Below are positions 12,751-27,568 of a DNA stretch of 64,000 nt, in pieces. A program made the translations under genes and the position numbers. The stretch is taken from assembly GCA_053919585.1 (NCBI GenBank), contig CM132799.1; one strand, 5' to 3'. The stretch is from Euprymna scolopes. Lineage: Eukaryota. Below the pieces are notes generated by a model. The model saw nothing but the letters and a program-made list of their open reading frames with translations. It searched no databases and was not told the DNA's origin. The stretch's first letter is position 1; every line of letters starts with the position of its first letter.

Positions 12751-13249
12751 GAAAGTAGTTTGACGGAGGATGGATATTTTTTTTTTTTTTTTTTTTTCGG
12801 TCAGGCGATGTCCCGTAATAAAACGCATTACGTGATTTTTGAACACCTCAATACAATTGGCTAGTTGCTAGTTGCTGTCCATGTGATACAATCAAAACCA
12901 TATTAAACTACTGTGAGAACATAAAATGAACTTTTACTTAAACAGTTATCGGCACTCATTTTGATTTTAGAATGGTGCTGTGTTTTTGGAGAAAATGACT
13001 TATTCCACTAGATTTTGAAATCTGTTTCGTGCTTTATTATCACATGTTTCTCCATAGACCTCAATATTTTTTCTGTGAATTAAGGACTGGGTTTATTTTA
13101 CTCTTCCCATAATAATCCCTATAAATATTTGGTCATCCTTCCGCATAAACGTGTTGGCATTTAATACATAAATAAAAAAGAAAAAGAAAAACCTAGCTAA
13201 CTAGTTTTTTTATTTTTTTGAAAGGGTGCCAGCAATTATGGTCTGGAAG

Positions 13250-13620
13250 TCACTCAAGGATAAGGGTTAACGACTGTAATGTAATCAGTGAAAAAACAGT
13301 GTAGTGATCGGTGGTGGTGGAAATTGGGCAGAATTTGATTATTTAAGTGGATGCGTCAACAATTTGTTTATATTGGACTTGAAAACGATCATATAGTCAA
13401 TTGCAAAGCAGACCCGCAATATAGTTCCACAGGTATACAGTTCTAGGAAATAAACTTTGCTTATGGAATTTAAGTTTAGATTAAGGCACAGATAGAGAGT
13501 AGGAGAAATTAGTAGTGGTTGTAGGTAGACAAGTGTTGTAAATGTTTTGCAGGACGGAGGGGGGCATAAATTGAGGCTAGATCGAGCACTTGCAAGTAAA
13601 ATAATGATAGAGCATAAATA
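13250..13620 (-). mobile_element. CR1-like 3' fragment
   Basis: Aligns by eye with 9885-10240. Confidence 0.75.
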
Positions 13621-13756
13621 GATACTTTTAAGTCTTTGGTTACCTTCTGTTTGATGAGGCAGCGATGTCCGACCTTACTCACTTTGTGGAAAAAAAAAAA
13701 AAAACAGCAACAAAAAAAAAAACTGACAGTCTCAATTAGAAAAGATCTAAAAGAAA

Positions 13757-13819
<63 letters not shown>

Positions 13820-14748
13820 GGAATTTCACACATGGCTGTTCCAAACGTGTCCTATTTTGTTAGCATATACAAATTAACAAACAATATGACCCCTATTGAG
13901 CGGTAATCCTTTTTATAGTCCAAGGGAAATGGAACTGGGGCCTTCAACTTGAAAGAATAAATGTTCTGTGTCTAAAACATTTTTTTTTTTATTTAATCCA
14001 TCTGAAAACCTTAACATAGAACCATATTGTTATAAGATGATTGAAAACATGACAAACACAAATGTATACAAAAAATATTTTTAAAAATTAAACAAAATTA
14101 AAACAAAAAAAAACAAGATGTTGGCAAGAATTAAAAGAAAAACTCAAGATAAATCGAGAAGGGCTAATACTCTCGCCCGTAGTTGTATGCGTACATATGT
14201 ATGCATATATATATATATATATATACACACACCGCACCTTGTGGTAATTGTGTCAACTAGCTAAAAGTGCTCTTTTGGCAACCACGCATATAAAGAGCAC
14301 TTTTTTAGTTGGCGCAATTACCCTCTGGATTTGGTGCAGTTATCCCAAAGTATGGTATATATATATATATATATATATATAAGCAGACCGCCCAGTGTTA
14401 CCCGGTCATAAAATATGCTTAATATATTTGGATGCAGATTTTGTATTTAACCAATTCTCTATCGATTGTTATATTATACCACACATATATAATAGTGATT
14501 TCAAAAGTTTAAAGAAAAAGAAAAAGGGGCTTGTGTGTCATCAGCTAGAAACCAAAACGCGTAACTCTCCGGCTTCATCCATTAGTGTATGATTTTAAAC
14601 CCATATGTATACAAAACCTGCAAAAAATGTTATTTAACCTATAACTTTTGATTAGCACATGCTTTTTAAAATTTTTTTCTTTCAATGTTGACCTCTTAGC
14701 AGCTATTTTACCGGCTAAAATTGAAAGTGTGCTACAGGTCCAAATACC

Positions 14749-14806
<58 letters not shown>

Positions 14807-15292
14807 CAACTTTGTAGATCAAATTTTCATAGGAGTTTGGTAGACTTTTTGCGCATACCAGCAAGATGACCAGTGTGTGTATATTTCCGTGCGCTAGAAC
14901 GTTTTCATCTTAACTTCTATGCAATTATGTAGAAACTATGCATAAATGGAATTCAGCGTAATAATGAATTGAAACCAAACATAAGAAACCATAAAAATGA
15001 ATAAGTAATTAACGCTCCTTTTTTTTTTTTTTTTTTTTTTTTTCGAACGAATATGCAAATTGGTTAACTTTCATGTAGTTGCTCGCATATCCATGACCAG
15101 TATATTAAAACGTTTTTAATAATTTTCAAATAGGAAAAGTAGGCTTTTAATATCAATGTCAGAACGAAAAAAAACAAAAAAAAAACTCAACTTTATAGGT
15201 ATGAATAAATGTATAAGTTTATCACGCCTGTATTCTCATCAAAACGGTTTAAGATGATTTAAATCAATAAGTTTTTAAAATACTGCATCGCT

Positions 15293-15951
15293 ACTATAAT
15301 ATAAAGGAACTTTAGGTGTATGTAAGTTCGTTCCCTTTGAACTCCTAAACGGCTAGGCCGATTTTTGAAAAAATTCGCACAAATGTACTTTATGTGCCTG
15401 GTAGTGTTCTTAGAAAGGTTTTGTATTGGAATGTTGTCGATAAATATTGATAATTGAGAACTGAAATAAAATTTGGTGAAAGAACAACCGGGCGATTTGA
15501 CTAAAGTTAACACCTTATACAGCTTAACATCACCAGGACATTTGAGAAGTTTATTACCATACTAGCAAAAAGGTACGGTGTATAAAATCAACAATAGGTT
15601 CTTTGATATGACAGGGGTGCATTCGAAATGAATGTTTCTGTTTAAAGCACAATCGAACCGTGATACTTAACTTTTGCATTTTAAACTTTAATTCAAGATG
15701 TTATATACAAAAATAATTTTATAAAATCAGCAGTAGGTTTTCTACAGTGCAATGTAAACTAGAGTGTATATTGTAGACTGTCATTGTGGGGACGCATGTG
15801 AAGCATCCTCCCGATGCACCATGGTGATCTCGAACTAGAGCAGATAATTGATCAATTTGAAGAATAACTGATTTCACTGACAGTAACATGAGAGGATGAA
15901 ACCTGCGTTAATCCTCATACAATCTCGGGCAACATTGGGTCTCCCTGCTAG
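15293..15951 (+). mobile_element. Non-autonomous Helitron-like element
   Basis: ctataatataaagg start, ctcgggcaacattgggt hairpin + CTAG|T end; 5' part also at ~1040-1135. Confidence 0.6.
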
Positions 15952-16000
15952 TATATAGTGGAGATTAAAAACTCAGATGCAGCTATTTGTATGTCTCTAG

Positions 16001-16351
16001 CAGTGTTTCCCAAGCATTTTTACATGACGGCACGTTATTAAATTTTCGCGGCACTCCTATCAAAAAGAAAACAAATATTCATATTTAACAATGCTTATTA
16101 ATTCTTAGGGAAAATTGAACATACCAAAAAACTTAGACATACGATTTATTATACATTTTATTTTATTTTTTATCAACATCACATAAGTAATGTGTGAGTA
16201 TTTATTAACAAATAACTCTGTTTATAACGATATGAAAACTGTATTTCCACCTAAAACAACTCGTAACTTCCATTTATAACCTATTCACAGCCCACCAGTA
16301 ATTATTTTGTGGCACATGAATGTGCCGCAGCATGGTGGTTCGGAACCACTG
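16001..16351. mobile_element. hAT (Charlie-like) MITE
   Basis: TIRs cagtgtttcccaa / ttcggaaccactg with subterminal gcggcac motifs; flanks gtctctag / gtctatac (imperfect 8-bp TSD). Confidence 0.7.
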
Positions 16352-16356
16352 GTCTA

Positions 16357-17521
16357 TACCGGGTGAAACGATAAAATTGTGGCCCTAGAAAAGACGGCAG
16401 GATTCCATTTCCGTTTGATTAAAAAATCGGTTTTCTATTTTTGCTATTCCATGAAAAAAGCTTCTTTCTAAGAACTGCACACCTGTGGACCTCTCTTCCG
16501 TTTACCTGCTTTCCAGCTGACTTCAAGTCCAATGTAAACAAGTACCTGATGAGCCGTTCCCCTTAAGTAATCCAATTTACCAAATTTACACTACTAACGA
16601 TTACTATATTGTCCTTTTGACCACTGTACACTCTTTAACTCTTATCCTCGAGTGTCTTCTGGGCCTTGATAAGTGATGATACCTTTGTAAAAAAAAAAAA
16701 AAAAATAAATAAATAAAAATAAAAAAAATAAAGACCATCTAGTAGTTGGCCAGTTGTGTATAAATCCCGAGAGCAATAGGAGCCTTCTATCATGTCTGAA
16801 AGTGACACAATGTTCAACGAGCGAGATCGGAGATGTGCTGCTGTACAACTCATGCTCTTTACTGATCCAAGTTATAACAGGACCATTGCCAGCACCCTCA
16901 AAATGCATTGTTCGATTGCCACGAATAACAGGGATGTGCTCAGGGTGGTCCAAGTAAAGTTTACGGCCACGGTTATGGTCTTTGGTGTGGTTTTAAGTGA
17001 GTCACATCATGCCACCTCACATCTTCGAAGTCGGCTTGAAAGTCAACACCAAAGTGCACCTGAATGTACTAGAGTGTGGTGCAATCAGGTGCCTGCTGAC
17101 AGACCCTGGGTGTGGCAGCAGGGCCCTGCACCAGCCCACAAGTCCAAAGAGACCCAGGCTTAGCTTCAGAAGGAGTGCTATGACTTTGTACCCTTCTTTC
17201 ACTGGCCTCCATTCTCCCTTGACCTGAACCCACTGAACTATTTCGTTTGGTCAAACATCAAAAACATCACCAACTTGACCTCCCACAGCACCAAAGCCAG
17301 CCTGATCGCTACCATCCGCCGAGTATTCGCCGAGCTCCCAGCAGTGGCTATGGAAAAGGCATGTTCTCAGTTCAGGACCCGTATCGAGGCGGTGATTGAG
17401 GCTGAAGATGTCTACATTGATTCAACTACATAATCAAGTTACCTGAATTGATATTTTCAATAAGTTTTAAAATAAAGCTGTATTGTTTCTTTTAGGGCGA
17501 CAACTTTATCGTTCCATAGTA
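16357..17521 (+). mobile_element. Tc1/mariner (maT-like) transposon remnant with transposase pseudogene; CR1 3' fragment nested at ~16440-16715
   Basis: TIRs aacgataaaattgtggcccta / tagggcgacaactttatcgtt; frameshifted VMVFGVV, WVWQQGPAPAHKSK, WPPFSPDLNPLNYFVWS motifs. Confidence 0.9.
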
Positions 17522-18425
17522 TAGTTAAGCAAATTAGGCTTACAAATACCGGCTTGGGTTTTTAATCTCTAAACTAATGCACTCGTTATGAAGTATGAGG
17601 CATAAGTGTAAGTTTGATATAAATATTTCCCATTCATTCTGTTTGAAATCCTATACGTCTTGTAAGGTTTTATGAGCTCTTATCCTCCTGTTCATTGAAT
17701 ACTCGGTACATACAAAGTACTTAGAATGCTAACCTACTTTCAGCATCTCGTGTCCTCCTGTTTTATTAAATCTAGTAGGCAACTCAATCCTACTTGTTAT
17801 TGAAAAGAGAGAGGGCGAAAAATAAAAATAAAACTCCCTTGACAAGATTATTGCCTCTTTAAGATTATAATGGGGTTCTTTTCCTCAATCCTGGCATTTG
17901 TACTTCTCAGTGGAAAGCAATCCAAAGCTCAGCGGGACGTTTTCATATCTTCATATATATCCAATCGTTTGCAGAGTTTTGTACAAGATGTACTTAACAA
18001 TCGTGTTTCTCTTGACGCCATATTAAATCTAGATTTGTAACAGAAAAAAAAAAAAAGGAGATAAAGATTCCAATTAAAACATAACGTTTGTATGCAGTTT
18101 GTTTTTGAAGTCGATGTTCTCTGCAACTGTTGCCTGGATGGTAAACAATTGTGGTGCATCAAATTCGCCAGTAAATCAACATTATGTATGAAATGGAATA
18201 GTGGTTAAGCATGGTAATATACAAGTAAAAAAAAAAAAATTTTTTTTTAAAGTGACACAAGCTAAGACAGAACCAAGATATTCAGCCAATTCAATCAGTC
18301 TATCAGTTTATCAAAATATCTTAGTTCTGATGTGTTTGTGTCCTTATTTTTACTCATGTTCCTATATCTGTCCACTATTCTATACATTCTATGTTTTTAA
18401 CGCGTGTATATATGCATATATATAT

Positions 18426-18785
18426 TAGTGTTGGGACGATTCCAATATTTTTCCCCCGATACCGTACGAAATTCCAGATTCCGATACAATTACTGGTAGG
18501 GATTCTTTATAAATCTCTAAATATTTTACTATAAAGTTATTTTGTCCCAATTACTGTAAAAACACATCTTAAATGCGCATATATTTTCTCAAACGTAAAA
18601 CCACACTTGTGAGGGTATGATCTAGAGATTTTAGTCTTGCTGGAAATTTAAATCAATAAATATTTATTTTATTATTACTACAAGCAATTGCAGACGTTCT
18701 ATAAAAAAAAAAAATAAATAAAATAAAATAGATAAAGGAATCTGTTTTGGCATCGGAAAATAGGCTCAAATTTTCCTGAATCCAA
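18426..18785 (+). mobile_element. hAT-like MITE (TAGTG family), 3'-truncated
   Basis: tagtgttgggacgattcc start; homologous to 37647-37999. Confidence 0.8.
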
Positions 18786-18859
18786 AAAAAATATTCCTTC
18801 TAATATAAGATTACAATAAACTTGTATAGTATCTAACTTTTATATCTGTTTTATTGCGA

Positions 18860-19208
18860 GTGTATTGAAATCAGAAAAATTTGTGCCTATTTTCCGATGC
18901 TACAAACGATTTTTTTTTTTTTTTTTTTTTTTTTAATTGATTTTGTTTAAAACAAAATCTTCTACTGCTTGTAGTAATGATAAATAATAATGATTTTAAA
19001 TTAACAGTAAAACTAAAATCTATAAATATTCCCACACAAGTGTATATTTACGTTGGAGAAAATGTCTGCACATTTAACATGTTTTTATGATAATTGGGGG
19101 GAAAAATAACTCCATAGTTAAATATTTAGAGATTTATAAGAATCTGAATTGGCAATTTAGTAATGAATTGTATCAAAATCTGAAAATATTGGAATCTTCC
19201 CATCACAC
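18860..19208 (-). mobile_element. hAT-like MITE (TAGTG family), inverted relative to its neighbour
   Basis: Ends ggaatcttcccatcac; reverse complement of the family body. Confidence 0.75.
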
Positions 19209-20287
19209 ATTATTACGCCCCTCCCCCATTTTTATTTATTAATGCTCTATTCGAAATATTGAGCATACTTTTATCACACTAGGAATTAATATAAAATTTT
19301 ATAATGGTATAGTGGATATAGTACTTGGTAAAATTCAGTTGTATAATTACTCTTATGGAGGTTAAAAGTTCAGTCTTTACTGCGGGCAATACTCAAAATT
19401 ACAATTGTGAAATATTTTGGACTTCTATCCAGCCATGGCTAATAGAACGAGTGCATGTTACCTCCCCCTCCTCTGCTGATTAAATAGATTAAACCATATA
19501 GATTTGTTATATTTAATTATTTTTAATGTGCTTACATGAAAAAAGAAAAAAAAATTGACTGCTAATAACTGTTTATTAGTGCCAATCTTAACTTCATCTG
19601 TTTTGGCTTTTAAAAAAAAAAATTTTTTATTTATGTCTCCTCAAAATGTCAACTCAAAACCTCCCAGGTTGGCATCGATTCCAGTCTAAGATTACTCATA
19701 GGAGCTTATTTTTAATATTCAAATTCCTTTTTTTTTTCTTTTTTTTTTTTTCTTACTTATTAGTAAGAAAAAAAAAAGGAATTCTAGAGAAAGAAAAAAA
19801 AGTGATAGACTTTAAACTTAGTTCTTTATGGTAAGCTGTAGATAAGTTCCCCCCCTCTCCCTTTCAGATTCATTTTTATTTTTTTTGTTATCATACCATA
19901 AACTTCTGACAGGAAGCGCGTTTCTCTCAGCGAGATAGGAGTGGTTGGTTATACCAAATTGGTGTAGGATAACAATAATATTCTCAACTGTTCAGAAGAT
20001 AATATCACCCAAAAGAAAAAAAAAGCATAAGTTAACTTTTAATATAAAAGAACATTCATTAGTTTAATTTTATTCATGTCTCATGATACTTTGTTAGATT
20101 ATTAACGATAGAATTAGAAATACAAAATAAATTAAAATCCTAATAGGTTAATGTAGTTTGCTTGAAGCATTGTTAAGCGTGTATAAAAGGAAATTTATAG
20201 AAGGCAATGACAATGCAGAGATATAATGGATACACTGAAGCAAATGCAGATATAAATAACTGTAGACACATGCAGAGTTGCCTTTCA

Positions 20288-20335
<48 letters not shown>

Positions 20336-22702
20336 ACTGTATTGTCTGTATGCATGTTTGAACTAAAGTCGAACAGGTCTGAAAAACAATTTTCCTGAAA
20401 CATTACAATATATATTTTCCCTCTGGTATGCTGACACAAGCATAAAATACTAGCAGCGATAGCTGGTTTTAAAATATTGAACTTTATGTTAACAGAAGCA
20501 AAATTTCACATAAACTTAGAATAAACTTTTAGCTTTAATATGATTTTTATTTTTGAACACAAAAGAATTGATTTCTGGTAAAAGTCGAACATTTTTCAGA
20601 GGTTCAACAGAATATGTTTGCTATAATCATAGCTAAGATAAAAATCCACTGGTTTCCCCCCCCCACCCTCCCCACCTAAAAGCATCGGTAATAAAAAGTA
20701 AAATGTTTATTATAATTGAGTTACTTGATGCCAGAGAGCTTCACCACATAATCTTAAAAGGGTTGACATGCGGTAAAATAAAACCAAACTAAACATTCTG
20801 AATAATGACGATCCATATTACTAACGGAGATTTAGTATATCTGAAACGGAAAGTACAGAGTATTCAAAATGTCCCTGAAGGGTGTTGAACTTAAATTCTT
20901 TATTTTTTATTTTAATTTGATCTGTAATTTTAACATAATCTAAAACATTGGGAAATTAAAAAATAATAATAAATAAATAAAAAATGCAAAATTCAAATAA
21001 TCTTTATTTATGAAACATAATGTCTTTAAAATGTTATCCATTTGTGCTCTTTCTAAAATATTATTCATGGCAGATTACAGAATCTCTGGATTGCGATTTA
21101 ACTCCCTTATTTCGTTCCTGGTGTTTTCCTTCCATTCTTGCAGGGTTTGGGGTTTGTTTCGAATTGTGTTCTGACTTGAGCTATCTCTTACATGAAAATG
21201 CTGCCGATAAGCTTTTTGAGTCAACACCCCCTGATTTTGGTAAAACAATTTCGCAACTTGCGTTCATTGTTCAACGCTATTCTTATGCATAATTAATTTC
21301 CAAAATAAAATATCTGAAATAGAGGGGAAAAAAATCATTAATGATAAAATGACGAAGATTTTCAACACTTCAGTGACTTTTTGGGCATCCTATATAATTA
21401 ATTGTAAGATTCAATTAAGTTAATTGTACCATCTTTCGATGCTTAATTCAAGGGGGAGAGGAGGATAGTGAAGTATCTGTTATGTGGTCATTGTATTATC
21501 ATCTTAGGGTATCTTTTCTTTTGTAAAGGTTTTAAAAGAAATTAAAATTCATGTTTCATTCCCAGAGAAAATCACCAGGCTAATTACTAGATAATTTCCT
21601 CCAGGAATTAAACATGGATATTTCTATGTAGCTTACTTGCCATATATTTTCATACTACTGCTAAGCTCTGCTCACATATTAAAAACTGTTAAAGTAAATA
21701 CTGAATATCTGCATATATATATAAAGTTATTTCTTGCAGTAACATTGATATTAAAAGCCCACTTTTCTATTTTAACAGTGAATACACACTTAGACACTTA
21801 GTCGTGAATATACCAACGACATCAAAAGGGATAATCTGCATATTCCTTCAGAAATGAATTTTCATTAATTCACTGTTTTTTGTCTGTTTTCTTATTGGAT
21901 TAGTTTAATTTCACTATTATGCTCAGTTCTATTCGTGCATATTTTCTGCATTGTGAATACTTGTGTAGCATTTGGAGCTGCATTTAAAATAAGTGACTTT
22001 GTTTGCCTGTGCAGAATGGTCTCTACCAAACTGTTTTTTGTCTGCTCGAACCTGGGAACAAAATCGATTTAGTTTTTATCTGGAAAAATAGATGCTAACA
22101 GGTCAAAATTATAAAACTGTAACTTGGCAAGAGTAGTTTAATGTAATGTGCTTAATCGATGCATGCACAAAAATTGCGTTAAATTTGGATGTGTCGTTAG
22201 CTCAGGGTGATGAATACCGCTAGAGCTAAATGTTTTGGTTTCGATTCAAGCTGATGGCACCAGAGTCGTCGTTTTTTTTTTGTTTTTGTTTTTTTTAATC
22301 ACTACTATATATTGAATAACGTATAATCAGTAGAGTATTGGTTCTATAATAACTACAAAACCTGCACAAATTAAAATATCGTATTTAAACGTATTTTACG
22401 ATCAGGCAGCACCATGTAGCCTGTTGATATATAAATGTGATAAAGGAACCGTCCTACCCACAAATTCTTATATCTTTATCAACGTCTAATTTTCATTTTA
22501 GGACTTTCTCAAGATGACTGATTTAAAGAAAAACTAAGAATATTTGAAAATATGTTGTGTAAAGTGTTTTGGTTCTTTGTTTCCAATGAAACAATAGACG
22601 CTAGAATTTCAAATTATCTGGTGCGTTTATTTTAGCCTTTTAGTCTATGACTTTCCTTTAAGTTTTTCCAAGAATCTTTTTGTCTTTAGAAGAATTGTCT
22701 GC

Positions 22703-22742
<40 letters not shown>

Positions 22743-22995
22743 AAGGTTTTCAAAATAAGCATGGCAAGTGGAATGTTTAGGATAGTAGGCATGTAATTTC
22801 TATGGACATCTTATTGTCTAAATCCATTTTTTCAATGCATTTCTCTGTTTCCTTCATGCGGCCTAAATCCAGATTCTTTCATATTTTGCATTGAAATTTC
22901 TTTATGTATAATGCACGGCATAAGAAGTCTACATTTTTTTTTTATATTTAAAAACAAGAACAATCTTTATCTTGCAGTTAAAGTAATTTTAATCT

Positions 22996-23035
<40 letters not shown>

Positions 23036-23087
23036 CTCCTCCAAATGTTTGCATAAGTAAATAGGTTATAAAATGTTTTCTTTTTTT

Positions 23088-23561
23088 TAAGAGGCGGCGA
23101 ACTTTAAATTGAGACAAATCACAGAAAAATGTTTTTATTATACAAATATGTGGTTTATTCCAATGATTAATTTTCGCTTTTCTAATTTTGATACAATTTC
23201 AAGCACCTGGCTCTATCTAAAGACACAATTTTCAGTGTACGCATTAGATTAGGCTGCATTTCAACAATACTGCATCAAGTGTCTTAAGTGGTCTTGTGTG
23301 TCCGGTTTATCAGCATAAACATGGGACTGTACATATCCCCAAAGAAAATAATCTAATGGGGTTAAATTACACAAGGTGTTTATTTCGTGAAATTATTCGT
23401 TAGGCATCAAATGTTTCTCTCGTGAAGTTGATTGTATCATTTGCAATTTACAAACGGTGCTCAAGATGAATTGGCAAACCAAACTGAACTTTAAATTACC
23501 GATAGTTGCCAAATCTGCAATTAAAGAAAATAGTTGTCAATTTAAAAGTTTACTGTCTCTA
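23088..23561 (-). mobile_element. Tc1/mariner deletion derivative (second copy 38853-39353)
   Basis: Minus strand NLTPLDYFLWG at ~23337-23368; inverted termini aactttaaattgag / tcaatttaaaagttt. Confidence 0.7.
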
Positions 23562-23789
23562 AAAAATCCAAAAAATCACACCTTGTGGAATTTTTAAGAG
23601 AATATGTAAGACATGAAACAAACAAGAAGTTGGTATCAAAAAGTTATATCAGTGTACTAGTTAACCATATCCAAGTATATACTTATCGGTAATGTACTAG
23701 TTTCAGAGCTGTGGTGGGCATGATCTTGAACCTGGATTGAGCAATAAAAGTAGTCTAGATTTGCTTCAACTCTGCCATGAGCATCTGTC

Positions 23790-24350
23790 ATTGACTGGTG
23801 CGAACTTTGAAAATCAAATCATGAGTTTCTAGTAAGGAGTCACTCTCGATTTATGGGAATCAAAACTGCAGGTGATTGTACAACAACAGCAAGTTTATCT
23901 GATGTGATCCTGTCTCTGCTCTATCATTATTTTCATGGCAAGTACTCGTCTGAGCTCCAATCTATAGTCTCCCCTTGCAAAACATTCACAAACAAAAAAC
24001 CTCACTAGATTAGCTACAACCATTATCAATAATTTCCCCCGACTCTCTGTGCCTAAATTTAAACAGATCCCATCAACAAAACTTCTTTCCTAGAACTGCC
24101 AATCTGTGGAACACTGTTTCACTGGCCTGCTTCCTGGATGATTACAATATGGTAGTCTTCAAGTCCAATATAAACAGGTTCTTATTTAGCTGTCCCCTTA
24201 AATAACCCAAATTCTACCTAATCTACACTATTAACGATCACTAAACTAATGAATTCCAATTAAATATATACTGCACTACCACCTTACATTGATTAACCCT
24301 TATCTGCGAGTGGCCTTTGGGCCTTGATAAGTGGTGGATCCCTTGTAAAA
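23790..24350 (+). mobile_element. CR1-like 3' fragment
   Basis: Homologous to the 3' part of 9832-11041; ends gagtggcctttgggccttgataagtggtggatcccttgtaaaa. Confidence 0.8.
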
Positions 24351-24675
24351 GAAAATAAGGATGCAGCAAATTGTTTCCATTGGTTGAACAGAATAAACCG
24401 AAATTCTTAATGTTTGAAATCTCTTGGCTTATAAAGAAAAGTGAGAAAAATAAATCTAGTGATTTGTGAACAACGTTTTGATTTTTTAACCAAGGAAACA
24501 AATTTATCATTATCTTGATTTTAATCCATTAAAGTTGAGTCCCGTTGAAGCCAGAGTGGAAACTGTTTTTATGGAGTTTCAAATCCCCCTTTCAAAAGAA
24601 TTATTTGAAGCAAAATGGTTTTGACATTATTCCCAAAGCCACTTATTCTTTTACTTAAAATCAGATTTTAATTTA

Positions 24676-24708
<33 letters not shown>

Positions 24709-27040
24709 CATTCTTTATAAAACTATAGAAACTCTTGCAGACAACTATGACTGTTTCTCTTTGCGTAAACTTTTGAAATGTATTTTTTATTATATAAAAC
24801 CATTCTGGAAGAAAAAAAAAAAAAGACTAAAGAAATTTTTGTTTATAATATTGTAGTAATAAAACTATTCTGAAAAGAAGCATTTCAAAGTAAAGACTAT
24901 TTTTTTCATGTAAAACATTAAAGTTAGACTAGAATTATGTAAGTATTAATCAGAAGAGATTTTTCATCAGTACAGACCCTCAAGATATGGCAAGACTTCC
25001 GCTCAGCATAAAGCAGATGTCAAAAAAAGAAACGAGTTTATTTCACATGACAAAATAACCATAGCAAATTGAATGGCATACAGGTGAATGAAAACTTACT
25101 ATGTTGAAAATATCAAGGACTTTTCACAAGATGCCAAGACGAAAATCAGGCTTTTTTTTTTTTTTTTTCAACAAAACGATTTAAATAGGTCAAATGTTTT
25201 CGTATTAACAAATAGAGCACGCATGTTGACAAAAGGAAACCTGATTAATACATGACATTTATTGATAGTTTGTTGGAATGTGTTAGAAGCGCCAACTGAA
25301 CATTAAAGGCAGGTTAAAAAGACATGTAAACACACAAAGAAATTCTACAAGGAAAAATGAATCCTAAGAAATACAATGTTACACGACAATACAAAAAAAT
25401 TCACAAGTTAATAGAAAAAAAGAAATAAGTGTAAATAAATGAGAACATAGTTATTTTTAACGGTTGAGACACACCAGAGAAAATACAATCATTTGATTGT
25501 GTAACCATTGTCAGAGAGCTGGTTGACATGATCAGAAAATAAACCTGAATTTGAAAATAATACCTAATAGCAAAGCAGGTCGGACAACATTTACCCAGTT
25601 TGAATGTCACACTAATAAGAGGCGGTGCGATCTTAATATATATATATTTTTTTATTTATTTACTGCCATTTTAAGAATTAAAGAATCAAATCTTATGACA
25701 GTTGCACCATCTTAAGTTAAAGCCAAATATCTCCAAAAGGAGATAACTCTGGTCTCAACAGAGCCATAATAGACAAATATTCTTCAGTTCTATTATTTTA
25801 AAGGGAGATTGATTCGTATTGTAACATCACAATAGTAAATGAATGTCATCTACTTAAGAAAAAGAAAAGCCCAAACCCACCCCCATCCTTCCCAAAATCT
25901 ATTCAGTCCTTTAAATGTAAAGAAAAACTTATTTCATATTTTTGAAACCTGAACTTTCGCAATTTGTTTCAGAGCAAGAAATAAGGATGTTAAATGTTTG
26001 TAAGATGTATCATTTTGATCAGCCCGAGAGCATACATTGAATTGTTGACTGTTCATCCATTCGACTGATTGGTAATCTTGCAATATAGTTAACATAAGGT
26101 TAAAAAAAAAAACAAAAAAACTTCAGATACAACAAAACCTTATATCAAATACAATAGAATTTCATTTACTATTGACCTATATATTTTTAATGTGCTGAAT
26201 TTTTTTTTAGGGGGGGGGGGCCTTTGTTTCAAAATTTGTTTTACACTGTATCATCAGGCTAAAAGTTTGAGATATCAAAATTTATAGTGAAATAAAAAAA
26301 AAATTTACATAGTTTCATAACATTAAAAGAGTATAGAACTGAGAGTAGAAAGTGGACTTTGTCTACTTTTGGCAACCTCATAAGTCTCACTTCCCTTATT
26401 TCATCCTTTCTTACATTCCATGAGTGATGTTTCTGACATGGAGGAAGAATTGCTGTTTTCCGGGTCAGAATATAACCATCTAATACTTACTGTTTAGTTT
26501 TTTTTTTACCTTGATGTGGTATTATGTGATAAAAAATATTTTTTTATTTTTAAGCTCTTTGCAGTAAGTGACTTCATGCATTGTCTGGGATTATTTCTAT
26601 AACAAAAAATACAGCTCTGTATAAAATTAAATTTTAATGCATTTCGTTAAAGTTATTGTAAATTTTTTTTCCTATTTCTCAATCGATAGCTATAAGATCT
26701 CAAGGCAGAAGGAAAAATGTTGGCGGCCATGTTTGGATTTTTATTGGATCTGAAAATAGAGATACATCTTATTTTGAAATTTAAAAAAAGAAAATAAATT
26801 TTAAGACCGTTTCAGAATGTTAAAAGTATACAGGTCAGGAGAAAATTAAATTTTGTGTTTGGTTAAAGTTATAATTTTTTTATTAAATGTTTCTTTGCTA
26901 ACTATACTGCAAAATTACTGACTGATCATATTCAAAATTTCTTAATCATAAGTCCTAAATGAGAATCAGTTTTAGGAAAGTACTATTTTTTTTTTTTTTT
27001 TTTTTTTTTTAACGGTATCACCTTTAAAACTTTTTTCAAA

Positions 27041-27289
27041 TTATATACATTACGTAAGATTAGAAAAGCATTGGTTTAAAATACAAACAAAAGGGACCCA
27101 TATCTAGTTGTCTGTTGGACTCTCTTCAGTCTCTGTTTATGTCTCCCTAGAAACGACACCATTTCCAGGCAGCCAAATACAAAGAGGCTGAAGAGAGACT
27201 GACAGAGGCGACCAGATATCAGTTCCTTTTAATTGGATTTAAAACCGATGAAATTAATGTTTTTCTGATCTTCTGTAATGCATATATAA
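27041..27289. repeat. Imperfect palindrome with outward-reading CTGAAGA motifs
   Basis: Arms cattacgtaagattagaaaagcatt..tctcttcagtctct / agaggctgaagaga..tgtttttctgatcttctgtaatg. Confidence 0.6.
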
Positions 27290-27356
27290 ATATTACTCAT
27301 TTCTAAAATCTAACTCGAACGCACTACTAGAGTTCTCTCCCACTTATATACGCGTT

Positions 27357-27408
<52 letters not shown>

Positions 27409-27534
27409 TGCAGTATTCCTACTTCATCTGTTTCTCAAATGACCAATTGTAACCGTCTTCCACATTCGATCATTTTCTTGTTTCCACACTGATTCTAAAT
27501 TTTATGGATACACTAAAACATTTGTTAAACCTTA

Positions 27535-27568
<34 letters not shown>

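Noticed and set aside
13509-13863. YIYIYI/poly-K/poly-F ORFs throughout the window
   Set aside because: Translations of (TA)n, (CA)n and A/T homopolymer runs
21144-21239. Plus-strand phase 1->1 exon (GFGVCFELCSDL...PPDF)
   Set aside because: Weak donor (gtaaaa), no SUEL first-half motifs or recognisable homology, and it does not end in phase 2 as needed for exon B
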